Positions 10,815 to 21,909 of a stretch of DNA of 64,000 nucleotides are shown here, piece after piece. A model generated the notes under the pieces. The model had not been told where the DNA came from and searched no databases. It saw nothing but the letters and a program-made list of their open reading frames with translations. Every line of letters starts with the position of its first letter. Position 1 is the first letter of the stretch. Origin of the DNA: Candidatus Bathyarchaeota archaeon (GTDB taxonomy: Archaea; Thermoproteota; Bathyarchaeia; Bathyarchaeales; Bathycorpusculaceae); NCBI GenBank assembly GCA_963782525.1, contig CAWAKC010000001.1:96001-160000 (forward strand). Reading direction: 5' to 3'. Position numbers and translations under genes: made by a program.

Positions 10815-12838
10815 GAGGAGCTACCGTTGGTCCATAATGGGGAGACATCGATGAGTAATAAACGAGGATTTTCAAAGTCCAAAACAAGTGAGGCTGAATA
10901 AAATGGATTGACTTGTATCTTTAAGTCGTCAAACCAGACGGCAAAGCTGTTTGAGCTTGCTAATTGTGAAGTTTCTAAAACAATACTTTTAACGGAGCTA
11001 ATATTGAAGCCTGAATTCTGAGAAGTGAAGTTGTTTACATCAATTATTAACGGATTTACCTCGTTATTGTCAACTTTTAAGTTCCACCAACGCTGATTCA
11101 TCTGGGTATCTCGCAAGCGAATTGTGATAGGGTTGGCCTGGGTCGAATTGTCTTTTATTGAGAAAGAGAAGGATGTGAACAACGAGAAATCAATAGGTTG
11201 ATTAAAATCAAATCTGGCACCAGCGGTGGAGTTGCCGATCTTGGAAATTGCTGTCATACATAATCCATCTTCATTTAGTGATATATTGACAAGAGGTACA
11301 CCTCGGTCTATTGCCCAACCGGCTAAGTTCGTGTTCGCTTGCAATATGGAGTAATTCATGTTTTGGATTTTTTCAGTGCCGACTAGAGTGGTGGGGTTAG
11401 TGTAAACTGAATGAAGGAAAAAATTGGCTGAAGCAGTTTGATCGATAATTAAATAATGCACTTTATAGAATTTTATGACATCGATTATTTGCGATAAGTT
11501 ATAATAGTCCATACTCATAACTGTGGGCCGATTTGTATAGAACGTAAAAAGGGGACTTCTAGCCATTATTACATTGGAAGAAGACGTATTAGCGTTTAGC
11601 CATGCATATGCTTGGTTATAATTAAAGACAGAACTCCTTCCAACGGAATCCATAGATACATTAGAAAAGATCGAATATTGGGGAATAAAGGAACAGAAAA
11701 TTATTGTGAGAAGTATGCAAATTGATGCAATGTGTACCGTTGGGGATTTCATTTTAATACCTAGAAAGGAGCGTTGACCAGATTTAACCTCGCCAATAAC
11801 ATAGCCGATGGCGAAGACGACTACGATCGGAATCAGCCAAACAGTATACCTTTGGTTAGGGCCAGCTTCTGCGAAAGAGTATAATAGAATTTGCAATGGT
11901 ACAACTAACCACACTAACGAGCGGCGGAAGAACAGAACGATTCCAGCAATACCTAAAACGAAAAGAATGGGATTTGACAAGTATAAGAGGTTGACACCGT
12001 CAGAGATGGCTGGCAGTATTGAGCCTACACTTGTTGTTGTTGCAGAGGTTATTCTTAGACCCAATGGGCTCCCTGATGCAGCATAATTCATAAAGACGCC
12101 TGGAGCGCAGATGGCTATCAGAACGATTGTGCCGCTTAGTAGCCAGAGAGCATTCCTTAGTGTTCTTCGTTTGAAAAACCCGTATAGAATGAGGGGAGCA
12201 ATACTCATTAGTACAATTAATCCGTCAAGCAACCGACTTTGTATTGCAAGACCTGTAAATAGACCTGCAAATACTAGGAAAACACCGCGCTTATCAGGAT
12301 TCTTTTGGTAAACGATGGCGGCTATTAGCGACAGCGGTCCGAATAGGCACATAAGTATGCTGTTGGATGGGGAAATGGCATAAAAAATTTGTAATGGAAA
12401 CATAGCAATAATTAAACCAGCCACTAAACCAGTTTTGTTATCGAAGATAACCTTTCCTAAAAAATATATAACTGGTACAGTGAGGCTGCCTATCATAATG
12501 TTAAGGAACTGTATGCTGGCGAAAGAAACTCCGAGAATCTTGAATTGCCCTGCAATTAGCAGTGTGTACAGTGGGGAGTTAAAATTGTAAGAATGGCTTG
12601 GTGTAAGAAAGCCTGAAGCAGTATGCATTACTTCCCATGGATAACTTAGGTAATCTGTGATCCATCCATGTTGATTAACGAAGTTTGCAGATAAGTTAGC
12701 GTAGATTGCCTCATCTGTGTTCACAAAATCTTGAATAATGAAGTGAGCAATCCATTGAACAAAAAAAGCGATAACAAATAAAAGTAGAACGTTTTTGCCA
12801 TCAGTTTTCGTCGCGCGAAAAACAGCTTTTAGATCCAA
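10811..12838 (-). CDS. GT-C (ArnT/PMT, GT39-like) glycosyltransferase with a C-terminal CBM11-like beta-sandwich
   Basis: TDEAIY loop-1 motif, SPLY, multiple TMs, RY motif, soluble C-terminal domain ending WFDDLKI. Confidence 0.8.
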   Translation of the reverse strand: MDLKAVFRATKTDGKNVLLLFVIAFFVQWIAHFIIQDFVNTDEAIYANLSANFVNQHGWITDYLSYPWEVMHTASGFLTPSHSYNFNSPLYTLLIAGQFKILGVSFASIQFLNIMIGSLTVPVIYFLGKVIFDNKTGLVAGLIIAMFPLQIFYAISPSNSILMCLFGPLSLIAAIVYQKNPDKRGVFLVFAGLFTGLAIQSRLLDGLIVLMSIAPLILYGFFKRRTLRNALWLLSGTIVLIAICAPGVFMNYAASGSPLGLRITSATTTSVGSILPAISDGVNLLYLSNPILFVLGIAGIVLFFRRSLVWLVVPLQILLYSFAEAGPNQRYTVWLIPIVVVFAIGYVIGEVKSGQRSFLGIKMKSPTVHIASICILLTIIFCSFIPQYSIFSNVSMDSVGRSSVFNYNQAYAWLNANTSSSNVIMARSPLFTFYTNRPTVMSMDYYNLSQIIDVIKFYKVHYLIIDQTASANFFLHSVYTNPTTLVGTEKIQNMNYSILQANTNLAGWAIDRGVPLVNISLNEDGLCMTAISKIGNSTAGARFDFNQPIDFSLFTSFSFSIKDNSTQANPITIRLRDTQMNQRWWNLKVDNNEVNPLIIDVNNFTSQNSGFNISSVKSIVLETSQLASSNSFAVWFDDLKIQVNPFYSASLVLDFENPRLLLIDVSPLWTNGSSS

Positions 12839-12839
12839 T

Positions 12840-13988
12840 TCAATCCCGCTGCTTCATTTGCCATTTAACATAGGGTCCTTTAAAGATATATCGTAGAATC
12901 CCTACAACTTCTAGCCCATAAAAGAAGGCTCGCCTAACTACTACCCTTGAGAACAAATTCTTGAGCAACAGATCTACCACAAAAAGTAGTATCACTAAAA
13001 CTGAAAAGATTTCGGTATAAACAATTGAAGTATTTAACACCCGTATAAGAAGCCATAAAGAGGTAACTAATAAGGTAAAGAAAGCGAATGGCTCAAAGAA
13101 GACTAATAATAAATACCTGAGTAATATAAACGCTTCAAAATGATTCTGCTTTCTTCTTAGCATTAAAGAGTAAAATTTTCTTAACCCGTGAACGCGCCCA
13201 GCGAAGGGGCGGATAACATGTTTTATATAATCTTTTGTAAAGGTAGGAGGTGAAGAACCTTTCGCTTGAACAGTATCGAGGACTTTGACTCTATACCCTT
13301 GTTTGATTACTCTAAGACCTGTATCGAGATCAGTGCTAGATGACTCTGTAAAATCATCAATTAGGGACTTGCGTAGACATGCAAATGGTCCAGCGGGATG
13401 ACTAGCAGTTCTAATTCTGCTTTCCAAAACTCTAATATATTCACCTATTTGATGGAAAGCATTTGTTTCTTGACTCTTGCTCATAATTACCGCTGAAACG
13501 CAGCCCGTCGAAGGATTAAACAGTAATTCTTTTACGGACTCAACCAATGCTTCTTCGTTAAGAATTGTGTCTGCATCACTAATAGCAACTATGTCGCCTT
13601 TTGCAAGTTTAATTCCAGTCCTCAACGCAGCGGCTTTTCCCATTCTCTGATTTCTTATGTAAACAAGCCGTTTCTCTTCACTTTGCCAATGCTTTAGAAT
13701 CTCTGGCGTAGAATCAGTTGAACCATCATCGACAACCAAAACTTCCCATTCACCCGGATAAGCTAATTTAAACGTATTATCAAGCTTATTTACAATGGAT
13801 GTTTCCTCATTGAAAGCGGGAATAATGAATGACAAAAAAGGGAATTTATCGGGCAAAGCTGTGTTAGTTATAACTTTTTGTGACCTTGCAGCGGCAACTT
13901 TAAGAAAAAGAACATAGAAAGGTATTCCTGGGCAAAGTGTGACTAAGAAAAACAAACTCACAACCCACAAAACCAGTGCAATATCCAC
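12840..13988 (-). CDS. GT2 glycosyltransferase, membrane anchored
   Basis: IPAFNEE, VDDGSTD, GKAAAL and SDAD motifs. Confidence 0.88.
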   Translation of the reverse strand: MDIALVLWVVSLFFLVTLCPGIPFYVLFLKVAAARSQKVITNTALPDKFPFLSFIIPAFNEETSIVNKLDNTFKLAYPGEWEVLVVDDGSTDSTPEILKHWQSEEKRLVYIRNQRMGKAAALRTGIKLAKGDIVAISDADTILNEEALVESVKELLFNPSTGCVSAVIMSKSQETNAFHQIGEYIRVLESRIRTASHPAGPFACLRKSLIDDFTESSSTDLDTGLRVIKQGYRVKVLDTVQAKGSSPPTFTKDYIKHVIRPFAGRVHGLRKFYSLMLRRKQNHFEAFILLRYLLLVFFEPFAFFTLLVTSLWLLIRVLNTSIVYTEIFSVLVILLFVVDLLLKNLFSRVVVRRAFFYGLEVVGILRYIFKGPYVKWQMKQRD

Positions 13989-14061
13989 TACAAATCACTA
14001 CTTAAACTATTGTTAAATCTATTTAGAACCGTCAGACTATCTAACTCAAAAAAAAGGTTCA

Positions 14062-15099
14062 CTACTTAATCAGTGGCCTAAGCTTTTTTACAAGTGACAC
14101 AGTTGCTTTGTTAAAGATCTGAATGTAAGAGCTATTGTATAAGTGAACTTCTTGACTGAAAGTCTCAACAACTTCTCTATCAGAAATTGTTCTTTGACTT
14201 TGTAATAATCTTCTTTGTTTCAGGATATTATTTCTAAATTTAAAGATATCTGAATACATCAGCATTTTATTCGAGAGCCAACCGTTCCTAAGAGAATATC
14301 CAAGTACACTGAGTTCTACTATTGAGAGCAAAGGCATTAACACTAACAGGGTATTTGAGGAATAATTTTTCAGGAGGGTAATCAATCTATTGCGTTCGAC
14401 TAGGAAAAGTTTTTTCTTAGAGAATCGCCCCCAACTATTTCCCCATTTATGGTAGACCTTGGATGAAGGGACATAATAAGATTTTATTCCAAACATTTTT
14501 CCACGCCAACCCCAATCTGCATCCTCTCCAAACGCAAAATAATCAAGATCCAAAAAACCTATTTCATCAATTACCTTTCTAGAGGTCAAAACGCAAGCGC
14601 CACTTGCATATGCAATTTCTGTTAGCCCATCATATTTTCCATCATCTAATTCACCAAAGCCGTTCGAATAGCATATTCCAGACATACTGATTGCATTCCC
14701 GACTGTATCTATGGTTGTAGGGTTATCAAGCAATAATATTTTGGGTTGATAAAAACCGCGATCATTTTTGTTCGCTTCTTTCAGTAACTCGTCTAACCAA
14801 CAGGGATCAACTATGACATCATTATTCAATAAAACGATATAGTAGCCCTTTGCATGTTTCAAGCCCACAAAGTTACCAATAGAGAAACCTGTGTTCTTTC
14901 CAGTTGCAATGAATTCAATATTTTTGTATTGCTTGTATTTACTTTGCGCGATTTTAAAACTATTGTCAGTAGAACCATTATCAACGATTATTATCTGCAA
15001 TTGGGGGTAGTGAGAATTCATTATTGAAAGAATACAATCAATCAAAATTTCTCCACCATTATAGTTGAGAACAATAATGCTCACCAGAGGAAGGGACAT
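14062..15099 (-). CDS. GT2 glycosyltransferase (paralog of 9239..10273)
   Basis: VDNGSTD, NTGFSIGN, LLNND, SGAC and EDADW motifs. Confidence 0.9.
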   Translation of the reverse strand: MSLPLVSIIVLNYNGGEILIDCILSIMNSHYPQLQIIIVDNGSTDNSFKIAQSKYKQYKNIEFIATGKNTGFSIGNFVGLKHAKGYYIVLLNNDVIVDPCWLDELLKEANKNDRGFYQPKILLLDNPTTIDTVGNAISMSGICYSNGFGELDDGKYDGLTEIAYASGACVLTSRKVIDEIGFLDLDYFAFGEDADWGWRGKMFGIKSYYVPSSKVYHKWGNSWGRFSKKKLFLVERNRLITLLKNYSSNTLLVLMPLLSIVELSVLGYSLRNGWLSNKMLMYSDIFKFRNNILKQRRLLQSQRTISDREVVETFSQEVHLYNSSYIQIFNKATVSLVKKLRPLIK

Positions 15100-15192
15100 T
15101 TAAAACTTATACCTGATTAAGACAGTCAGTAGGTTCTGAATTATCACAAGAACAGAAATTTGTCAAACGTATCTGAGGCAATAAAGACAACA

Positions 15193-16155
15193 TTAGCGGG
15201 GGTTAACTCTTTTGGATAACCTAGTTATTGCGTATAGTGTTATCGCAGTTGAGATCATAAAGCAGCCTAGCAGTAAGAATCCTATTGATGCCAAAGCAAC
15301 GTTGGTTACTATTCTACCTAAATCGACGTATAAGTTCATTAGCCATACTCCAAACAAAGCACCCATGATCAAACATATTATGCCGGGTAATCCAAGAAAC
15401 ATTATGGGTTTATCTTCGACAACAAGTTTAACGATGGACATTATTAAGCCCAAGCCATGAGTTATTGGGTTTTCTGTTGAGGTGGAGATGTCGCCGGTTT
15501 CATATTTGCATGTGCCTGTTACTTCACTTATTCTTAAGTTGTGTTTGCTTGCATCTAGCAGTATTTGCACACTTGCACCCATACCCACTTCGGAGACATT
15601 GAGCCGTTCTAGGGCTTGGCGATTGTATGCTCTAAATCCGCTCTGTGAATCGCTGACACCCTTTCGGGATGAGTTATTAACAAGTTTTGTTATTACTTTG
15701 GCGCCTACTTTGCGGTAGAAAGGCATTTCGGCGGTACCTTTGTCATCTATAAATCTGCTGGCTATCACGACATCGGAATTGCCTTTTATGATTGGGTCGA
15801 TTACTTGGGGAATTTCAGTGGCTGTGTGTTGTCCATCGCCATCCAAAGTGACCAACACATCTGCACCAGACTCCAAAGCCCGTGAAAACAGGCTTTTTAT
15901 GGCGGCGCCGTACCCTGAATTTTCTTCGTGACGAATGACGTCAGCGCCTAAACGTTCGGCAATTTTTCCAGTTAAGTCGCTTGAACCGTCATCGCAAACG
16001 ATTACTGTGTCAGCATATTTTTGTGCTTCGATGATTATGCGTGCGATGGAGTGTTCTTCGTTAAAAGCTGGGATACCCACGGCGACAAAGGGTTTCTGCA
16101 TTTCAGAAGCTACAGCAGCCACGTAGATACTTTCGGGTTTTTCAACAAGAACCAA
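15193..16155 (-). CDS. Dolichol-phosphate glycosyltransferase-like GT2 (DPM1/AglJ-like) with two C-terminal TMs
   Basis: PAFNEE, DDGSSD, GYGAA, LDGDGQH and DSQSGFRAY motifs. Confidence 0.88.
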   Translation of the reverse strand: MVLVEKPESIYVAAVASEMQKPFVAVGIPAFNEEHSIARIIIEAQKYADTVIVCDDGSSDLTGKIAERLGADVIRHEENSGYGAAIKSLFSRALESGADVLVTLDGDGQHTATEIPQVIDPIIKGNSDVVIASRFIDDKGTAEMPFYRKVGAKVITKLVNNSSRKGVSDSQSGFRAYNRQALERLNVSEVGMGASVQILLDASKHNLRISEVTGTCKYETGDISTSTENPITHGLGLIMSIVKLVVEDKPIMFLGLPGIICLIMGALFGVWLMNLYVDLGRIVTNVALASIGFLLLGCFMISTAITLYAITRLSKRVNPR

Positions 16156-16157
16156 AC

Positions 16158-16553
16158 CTAATTGCCTCCAACCGTTGTAAAATTAAGAGACAAAAACCTA
16201 GCAAACTCGCGGTCTGTGGCCCAAGATGAAGCTAAACAATTTCCCCATCTAACAGCTATTTCACTAATTTTTTGGGCTAACGCCAATCCAACAGTTCTCA
16301 CCAAATGCTCAGCCTTGCTTTCCATTGATATTTGCAGCTTTACAATTATGGCCGTCACTACCTGAGCCAGCTTTGTGCTTTTGATGTTGTCTACGTATCT
16401 TATGGTGAGGTCTATTATACCGCGTTCAACCCGACTTAGAGTTCTAAACCAGTGGCCATGTCTAAGAGCAAGTTTCTTGGTTTTAGCAAGCTCCTGAATA
16501 GAAGCTAAGCGACCAATGCTCCTCTTCGTAGATAGCCAACCTTCCTTTCTCAT
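16158..16553 (-). CDS. Conserved basic helical hypothetical protein heading a GT operon
   Basis: ALRHGHWFRTL and LAQKIS...WGN...WATD motifs; in-window paralog at 36498..36900. Confidence 0.75.
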   Translation of the reverse strand: MRKEGWLSTKRSIGRLASIQELAKTKKLALRHGHWFRTLSRVERGIIDLTIRYVDNIKSTKLAQVVTAIIVKLQISMESKAEHLVRTVGLALAQKISEIAVRWGNCLASSWATDREFARFLSLNFTTVGGN

Positions 16554-17291
16554 AGCTCAACTGTTGCGAATTAATGATATAAGGGATTTATGAATTACAA
16601 ATAAGTAACATCTAAAAGTTATCCACTACAATTTGTTTGAAAAAAGTTAAAAAATAAGTACAGAAATGAATTTAAAAAAATAAAATCATTACAGAAATTT
16701 ACATATCTTAGTGGAATTTTATGACTTCGGGATCTCGAAAATAGACCATGAGGAATAAAGATGCTAACACCACTTTTTTTAAAGAGAAAACTGTTACTAC
16801 CCAAGCCACCAATGTTAACGAGTATCGGAAACTTTGGCACCGCCTCCGGCAAGGATCATCCATACGGTCTGAGTAATGGTCGACTTTTAGCAACAGCATC
16901 CACAGTCGAAGATAACCGAACTAAGGTTGAGGATTAACTTATATCAAAAAAGCATTTTTAGAGAATAGTTAGAGACACAGCCAATAAAAAGAAAACAGTA
17001 TTGAAACTTCAGGATATCGCCCGAAAGACAGAATTTACAACTTTAATAGAAATGAAAATGCTTAAAAACAATCAATAAATTAAAAAATTTCTCTTTAGTT
17101 CATCCCCTGATGCATTATCCAGCCTCACTCAATTAAGAGGACAGAACATAATTTTTAGGCCATTTATTTTTGACCTTTTTGATAATCTCTTAAACGACCA
17201 CTATCCTTAATCGCGCTACCCAATTTTCAGATCGAACAATAAGCCAAGTAATCAATTTTTTTAATAAAGAAAAGAGAGGGGGTTATCGCAT

Positions 17292-17924
17292 TTACCTTTC
17301 TACGCGAAACAAGGGATTGCGACGTTTTATCAATAATACTGCAGCAAGCACAACGATTATTACGACAGAAATGGTTACTGCCCAAGTCCAAACTGGAATA
17401 GATGATGTTGGTGCTACTTCAGTTGTGCCGCCTATCGCAAACAAAGGATCATCCACACTATTCAAAGTAATGGTCAACGTTTTAGCAACAGCATCCACCG
17501 TTGTGGCCAACGCAACATAACTATCGGTAGCAGGCAAGTACTTGTAAACAGTGTAGGGTGCTTTGACATTTTGAACATCGCTATCAGAATAATTTATAGT
17601 AATTGTCGCCTGCGAGAAATCTTTGGCAGCCATGTCAAAAGTCACAACGACGAAATGATTCAAAGAGACACCACTTGGAATGTTAGCTGAAGGTTGAGGA
17701 TTACCATTGTAGACCGCAGCGGTCACAGAGCCCGTAGCGCCAGGTGTTCCCTGAACAACATACGTAATACCCACATCATTGTCACACGCGGTACATGTTC
17801 CATTAGAAGCAATAACTAAATTAGTCGTCTTCTGTGTAGTGTATTGTGCAGCAACTAAACCAGCTGACAAAGATATCATGAGCACAGCTATTATTGAGAG
17901 TACGCAAATTTTTGATTTATTCAC
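17292..17924 (-). CDS. Secreted beta-rich surface protein with a C-terminal membrane anchor
   Basis: Signal peptide, T/V-rich beta domain, C-terminal TM followed by KRR. Confidence 0.75.
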   Translation of the reverse strand: MNKSKICVLSIIAVLMISLSAGLVAAQYTTQKTTNLVIASNGTCTACDNDVGITYVVQGTPGATGSVTAAVYNGNPQPSANIPSGVSLNHFVVVTFDMAAKDFSQATITINYSDSDVQNVKAPYTVYKYLPATDSYVALATTVDAVAKTLTITLNSVDDPLFAIGGTTEVAPTSSIPVWTWAVTISVVIIVVLAAVLLIKRRNPLFRVER

Positions 17925-18036
17925 ACTTATTCCTCTTTTGACAAGACGTATATCATAAGACGCCTTAAGAGCTTTATGAATTTAGAATAAATAAAAACAT
18001 TCAAAATTATTTTGTGTTATAATTCAAGTCAACTAG

Positions 18037-19965
18037 CTACCAAATATTTACGTTAAATAAAAATCTCAAACCCCAATTCAAAAGAACCAGAAAAATTACC
18101 GCCAAAACCAAAAAAACAATCCACCGTCGCCAACTCTTCCAACCCCCCACAAAACAAATAACAAAAAACAACCCCAAACTAGACAAAACCACCCAAGGCA
18201 TCAAAAACAGGAACCTATCAAAAACAAAACTTTTAGCCGCAAATAAAATAGAAACACAACCCACAAATACCCAAGCAACTAAAAAATTCGAAACTCCAGA
18301 TTTAAACTTCACCAAAACCAGAAAACCAACAACCGATAAAACAATCAAAAGCCCACTTGCAAAAACCCCACCCAAAACAAAATCCACACTATTCTGCAAC
18401 CCACTCAAAAGAAAACCAACATCAGGGAAACCCAAACTAGACTGAGCAGTAACAAAAACAGAACTCGACGATCCAGCAGAGGACAAAAACCGCCGAGTCA
18501 AATCACAAATCAAACCAACACCTATGGTAGCAAGGACCAAAATAGCCTCACCCTTTACTCGATCAAACAACCGCCCCTTCCCAACCGCTAATCGCCACTC
18601 CAAAAACAAAAACGCCACTAGAGACAGCGCAAAAATAAACCAAGTCCAGGAATGGGAAAATAAAACAAGCACCGATACACTCAATAAACCAAGAAAGCCC
18701 AAACTGGACCACTTATCTAATAATCTAAAAAACAAAAGTACGTAAGCAAACACCAAAATTAACGCCAACATATTGGCAAAATAACCAGAATAAATTAAGC
18801 CCAGACCTTGGAAAGAAAAAGGCACTAACAAAACCCCGATAATCCAAACTGCCCTAAACTTACAAAGCAGCCTTAGAACAAAAAAACTAACTAAACCAAA
18901 CAATACAAGCAACAAAGCAGAAACGTACTCAATTACGCTTAAAGAAGAAACAAAAAAAGATAGGCCATAAATCAAAACCAAAAACAAAGCCCTATCATTA
19001 CCGAGAGCAAAAGATAGAGCAGAATTAACATCTACACTTCTCATGTGCTCAAGCCACTGAAAATAAGCTGGCGAATCAACGCTCACCAACATATTTGTCG
19101 GATTAACCCAAGGCAAAACCGTGAAAACAACAAACAAACAAGAAACAACCGAAGAAACCACAACAGCCAAAGGAACAGCCAAACGACCACGCAAAAAACT
19201 GGTCCCGATTTCACGGTTTAAATCAAATAAACCCCGTAAACGAGCTTCAAAGCCAACCAACCATCCGCCCCTAATTTTATTAAACAACCACTTCCCAGGC
19301 AAAACCATAACCACAAAAGCTGCAACCCCCAACAAAACAAGCATCAAATAAGCATACGATATAAACGGATAACCCATATTCGAAAAAACCAACTCAACAC
19401 TGCTCCAATGCAAGGCAGGACCCGACAGTTGAGGGTTCAAATTCAAAAATGCAGGAACATTAAACAAAATCAAAGCAGCCAACTCTTCAAACAAAACAAG
19501 AAAAAGGGTGCCTACTAACAAACTCTTAAACATGTAAAAGCGAGAAACACCAAAAAAAACAAAAGACAACAAAAAACATAAAACAGCAACCAAAATAGAA
19601 CCCAAAACCATAGCAAAAACATCAATGAACCCAAAAATGACCAAACCGACCAATACAACTAAACTACACGAAACAAAATCTGCCAAAATCCCGTAGATTC
19701 CCTTAAGCCTCCTAGAACCTAAACCATAAAAGAGCCCAACTAAAATAACCAAAACCGCCCCCTCCCAAACATAACGATCTAAACTGCTTGAAAACAAACT
19801 AACAATTCCGTTATGCTCAACCATACCTCTGTTAGTTAGAACAAAAAAAGACAAACCAAAATAACTCACTAAACTAAGCAACGAATATATCAGGCACAAA
19901 GCAAGCGAAAAACCTATTGCTAAAACCAACAGCTTTTGCTTGTTCAAACTTTCTGACAGCTTCAC
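18037..19965 (-). CDS. Large polytopic membrane protein, putative GT-C fold in the C-terminal half
   Basis: 642-aa open frame, more than 15 hydrophobic helices, VSVDSPAY and FSHSWTW motifs. Confidence 0.65.
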   Translation of the reverse strand: MKLSESLNKQKLLVLAIGFSLALCLIYSLLSLVSYFGLSFFVLTNRGMVEHNGIVSLFSSSLDRYVWEGAVLVILVGLFYGLGSRRLKGIYGILADFVSCSLVVLVGLVIFGFIDVFAMVLGSILVAVLCFLLSFVFFGVSRFYMFKSLLVGTLFLVLFEELAALILFNVPAFLNLNPQLSGPALHWSSVELVFSNMGYPFISYAYLMLVLLGVAAFVVMVLPGKWLFNKIRGGWLVGFEARLRGLFDLNREIGTSFLRGRLAVPLAVVVSSVVSCLFVVFTVLPWVNPTNMLVSVDSPAYFQWLEHMRSVDVNSALSFALGNDRALFLVLIYGLSFFVSSLSVIEYVSALLLVLFGLVSFFVLRLLCKFRAVWIIGVLLVPFSFQGLGLIYSGYFANMLALILVFAYVLLFFRLLDKWSSLGFLGLLSVSVLVLFSHSWTWFIFALSLVAFLFLEWRLAVGKGRLFDRVKGEAILVLATIGVGLICDLTRRFLSSAGSSSSVFVTAQSSLGFPDVGFLLSGLQNSVDFVLGGVFASGLLIVLSVVGFLVLVKFKSGVSNFLVAWVFVGCVSILFAAKSFVFDRFLFLMPWVVLSSLGLFFVICFVGGWKSWRRWIVFLVLAVIFLVLLNWGLRFLFNVNIW

Positions 19966-20130
19966 ATCACTTAGCCCAACAACTTATTCCATAATCATTC
20001 ATGGAGTAAGAGTAATAATCCATAGACCATAAATTAGTTGCCCTAATCAAGGAATTCTCACTCAGTACGAAGTCTGTTTCTTTGAGGCACTCGATGCCTT
20101 AACGGGGCATATTTAATTTGCTTTGAATAT

Positions 20131-20205
20131 TGTTAACCAGCAAGAACCAAAGGCTTCGGAAACGCCTTGTTAAGGGCTCAATCCTTGTGCAAAACAGCAA
20201 GTTGC
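20131..20205 (+). pseudogene. Degraded galU fragment (VNQxEPKGFGNAxLxAQ)
   Basis: gttaaccagcaagaaccaaaggcttcggaaacgcc...gtgcaaaac aligns with galU 22243-22316, with indels. Confidence 0.6.
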
Positions 20206-20477
20206 ATAATAGATGAATGGACTCATTGAACTGGAGAAGCCAAGCACCCCCAATATGCTTTGTAACCGAGAAATAAAGTGTGGATAGAACTGTTTCAGCA
20301 TCGAAATGTAGACATGCAAAGTTATCAAGACCATAAGAAACTGCGATTAATCGGAGCCAAAAACCGTTTTGCCTGCAGTACTATCAATAAGGGTCAAAAG
20401 TTTTAATCAATTGTTGTAGAAAACCGTGATTTCAAGGAAATTGATGATAAATTATTGAACTGTCTAGCCAAAGCATA

Positions 20478-21861
20478 TTACCCTAATCCAATGGCGATAA
20501 ATTTCAATTTTTTTGAGAAGACTTCAGGGTCAAAAATTCTTCTGCCATCAATTAGGATGGGTTGCTTCATGTTTTTGGTGAAGTCATCAGGTGTCAGTTT
20601 TTTGAATTCTTCCCACTCAGTAACCAGAATGCATGCGTCAGCATTTTTTATACATTCAAACGCTGATTTAGCATAATGGATTTTGTCGTTAAAGATGGTC
20701 TTTGCAATGGGTGCGGCAACTGGATCATAAGCTGTCACGCTTGCACCTTCGCGTAACAATTGGTTAATGATGGGTATAACTCGTGCCTCTCTCATGTCGT
20801 CTGTATCTGGTTTAAAGGCTAAGCCAAGGATGGCGATGCTTTTTCCCTCGAGACTTCCAAGCTCCTCTCTGCAAAATGTAACTGCTTTCAAAGGTTGAGT
20901 TTTGTTAACCGCCTCAACAGAATCCAAAAGCTCAGGGTCATAACCCAAGCTCTTTGAACAAGCAATCAACGCCTTAACATCCTTAGGAAAACATGAACCC
21001 CCATAGCCCAAGCCAGCATCCAAAAAAAGGGCCAATACGCTTATCCAGACCCATCGCTTTGGCAACAATTTTAACGTCTGCACCAAGGATTTTTTCGCAC
21101 ATGTTAGCAATAGTGTTTATGAAACTGATTTTGGTGGCAAGCATGGAGTTGCTGGCATACTTGATCAGTTCAGCGGTAGAAAGACTGGTTCTAATGATCG
21201 TGGGTACGTGTTCACTGTAGAAGCCTTTGTATAATTCTTCTAAAACATCGCCCGAACGATTATCAAAAGAGCCAATAACGACTCTCTCGGCATTTATGGT
21301 GTCTTGAAAAGCGGAACCTTGACGCAAAAATTCTGGATTCATGCATAAGCCAAAATCTTTACCGGCAACTTTTCCTGATTCTTTTTCAAGAAGGGGGTTA
21401 ACAATATTTTGTGTTGTTCCAGGCACCACTGTGCTTTTAATTATTGTAATGTGATAAGTATCTTTTTTCTTAAGCGCTTTTCCAATGTTACTTGCAGCCG
21501 ACTCAATATATTTTAAGTCAATGCTACCATCGGGTTTACTTGGTGTTCCCACGGCAACAAACGTTAAATCCGTTTTAGAAATAACCCAATCTGTTTGACC
21601 AACTACGCCCTTAAGATGACCCTTTTGAATGCTCTCCGAAAGTTTCTCTGCCAGACTAGGTTCATAGAAAGTAGGAATCCCTTGGTTTATTTTTGTGATT
21701 TTTTCCTCATCAACATCGCAGGCAAGAACATTGTAACCCTTACTCGCAAAACCCACTGCTGTACATAAACCAACATAACCAGTACCGATAACAGATATTT
21801 TGGGCTGTTTTTCCAAGCTAACATGACTCCTAGCGAATGATTGTTGGAAATTAGCTTGCAT
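20478..21861 (-). CDS. ugd: UDP-glucose 6-dehydrogenase, split by a frameshift at a homopolymer near 21025
   Basis: GTGYVG, MNPEFLRQG, IKYASN, GYGGSCFPKD and LAFKPDTDDMRE motifs spread over two overlapping ORFs. Confidence 0.92.
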
Positions 21862-21909
21862 TAAATATATATGGGTTATACAAGAATTGGAGAGGGAAGG
21901 ATAATAGAA

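Noticed and set aside
16619-16899. Short ORFs containing VPKFP (PEF-CTERM-like) or ILAGG motifs
   Set aside because: The matches are too short and lack a proper TM or domain continuation; at most an unidentifiable relic.
18524-19351. K/N/T-rich plus-strand ORFs
   Set aside because: Antisense shadows of the skewed membrane-protein gene.
21015-21035. Homopolymer frameshift in ugd as phase variation or programmed frameshifting
   Set aside because: The tract is only 7 nt, and similar homopolymer indels occur elsewhere in the window (for example the aldo/keto reductase near 47845), so sequencing error is more parsimonious.
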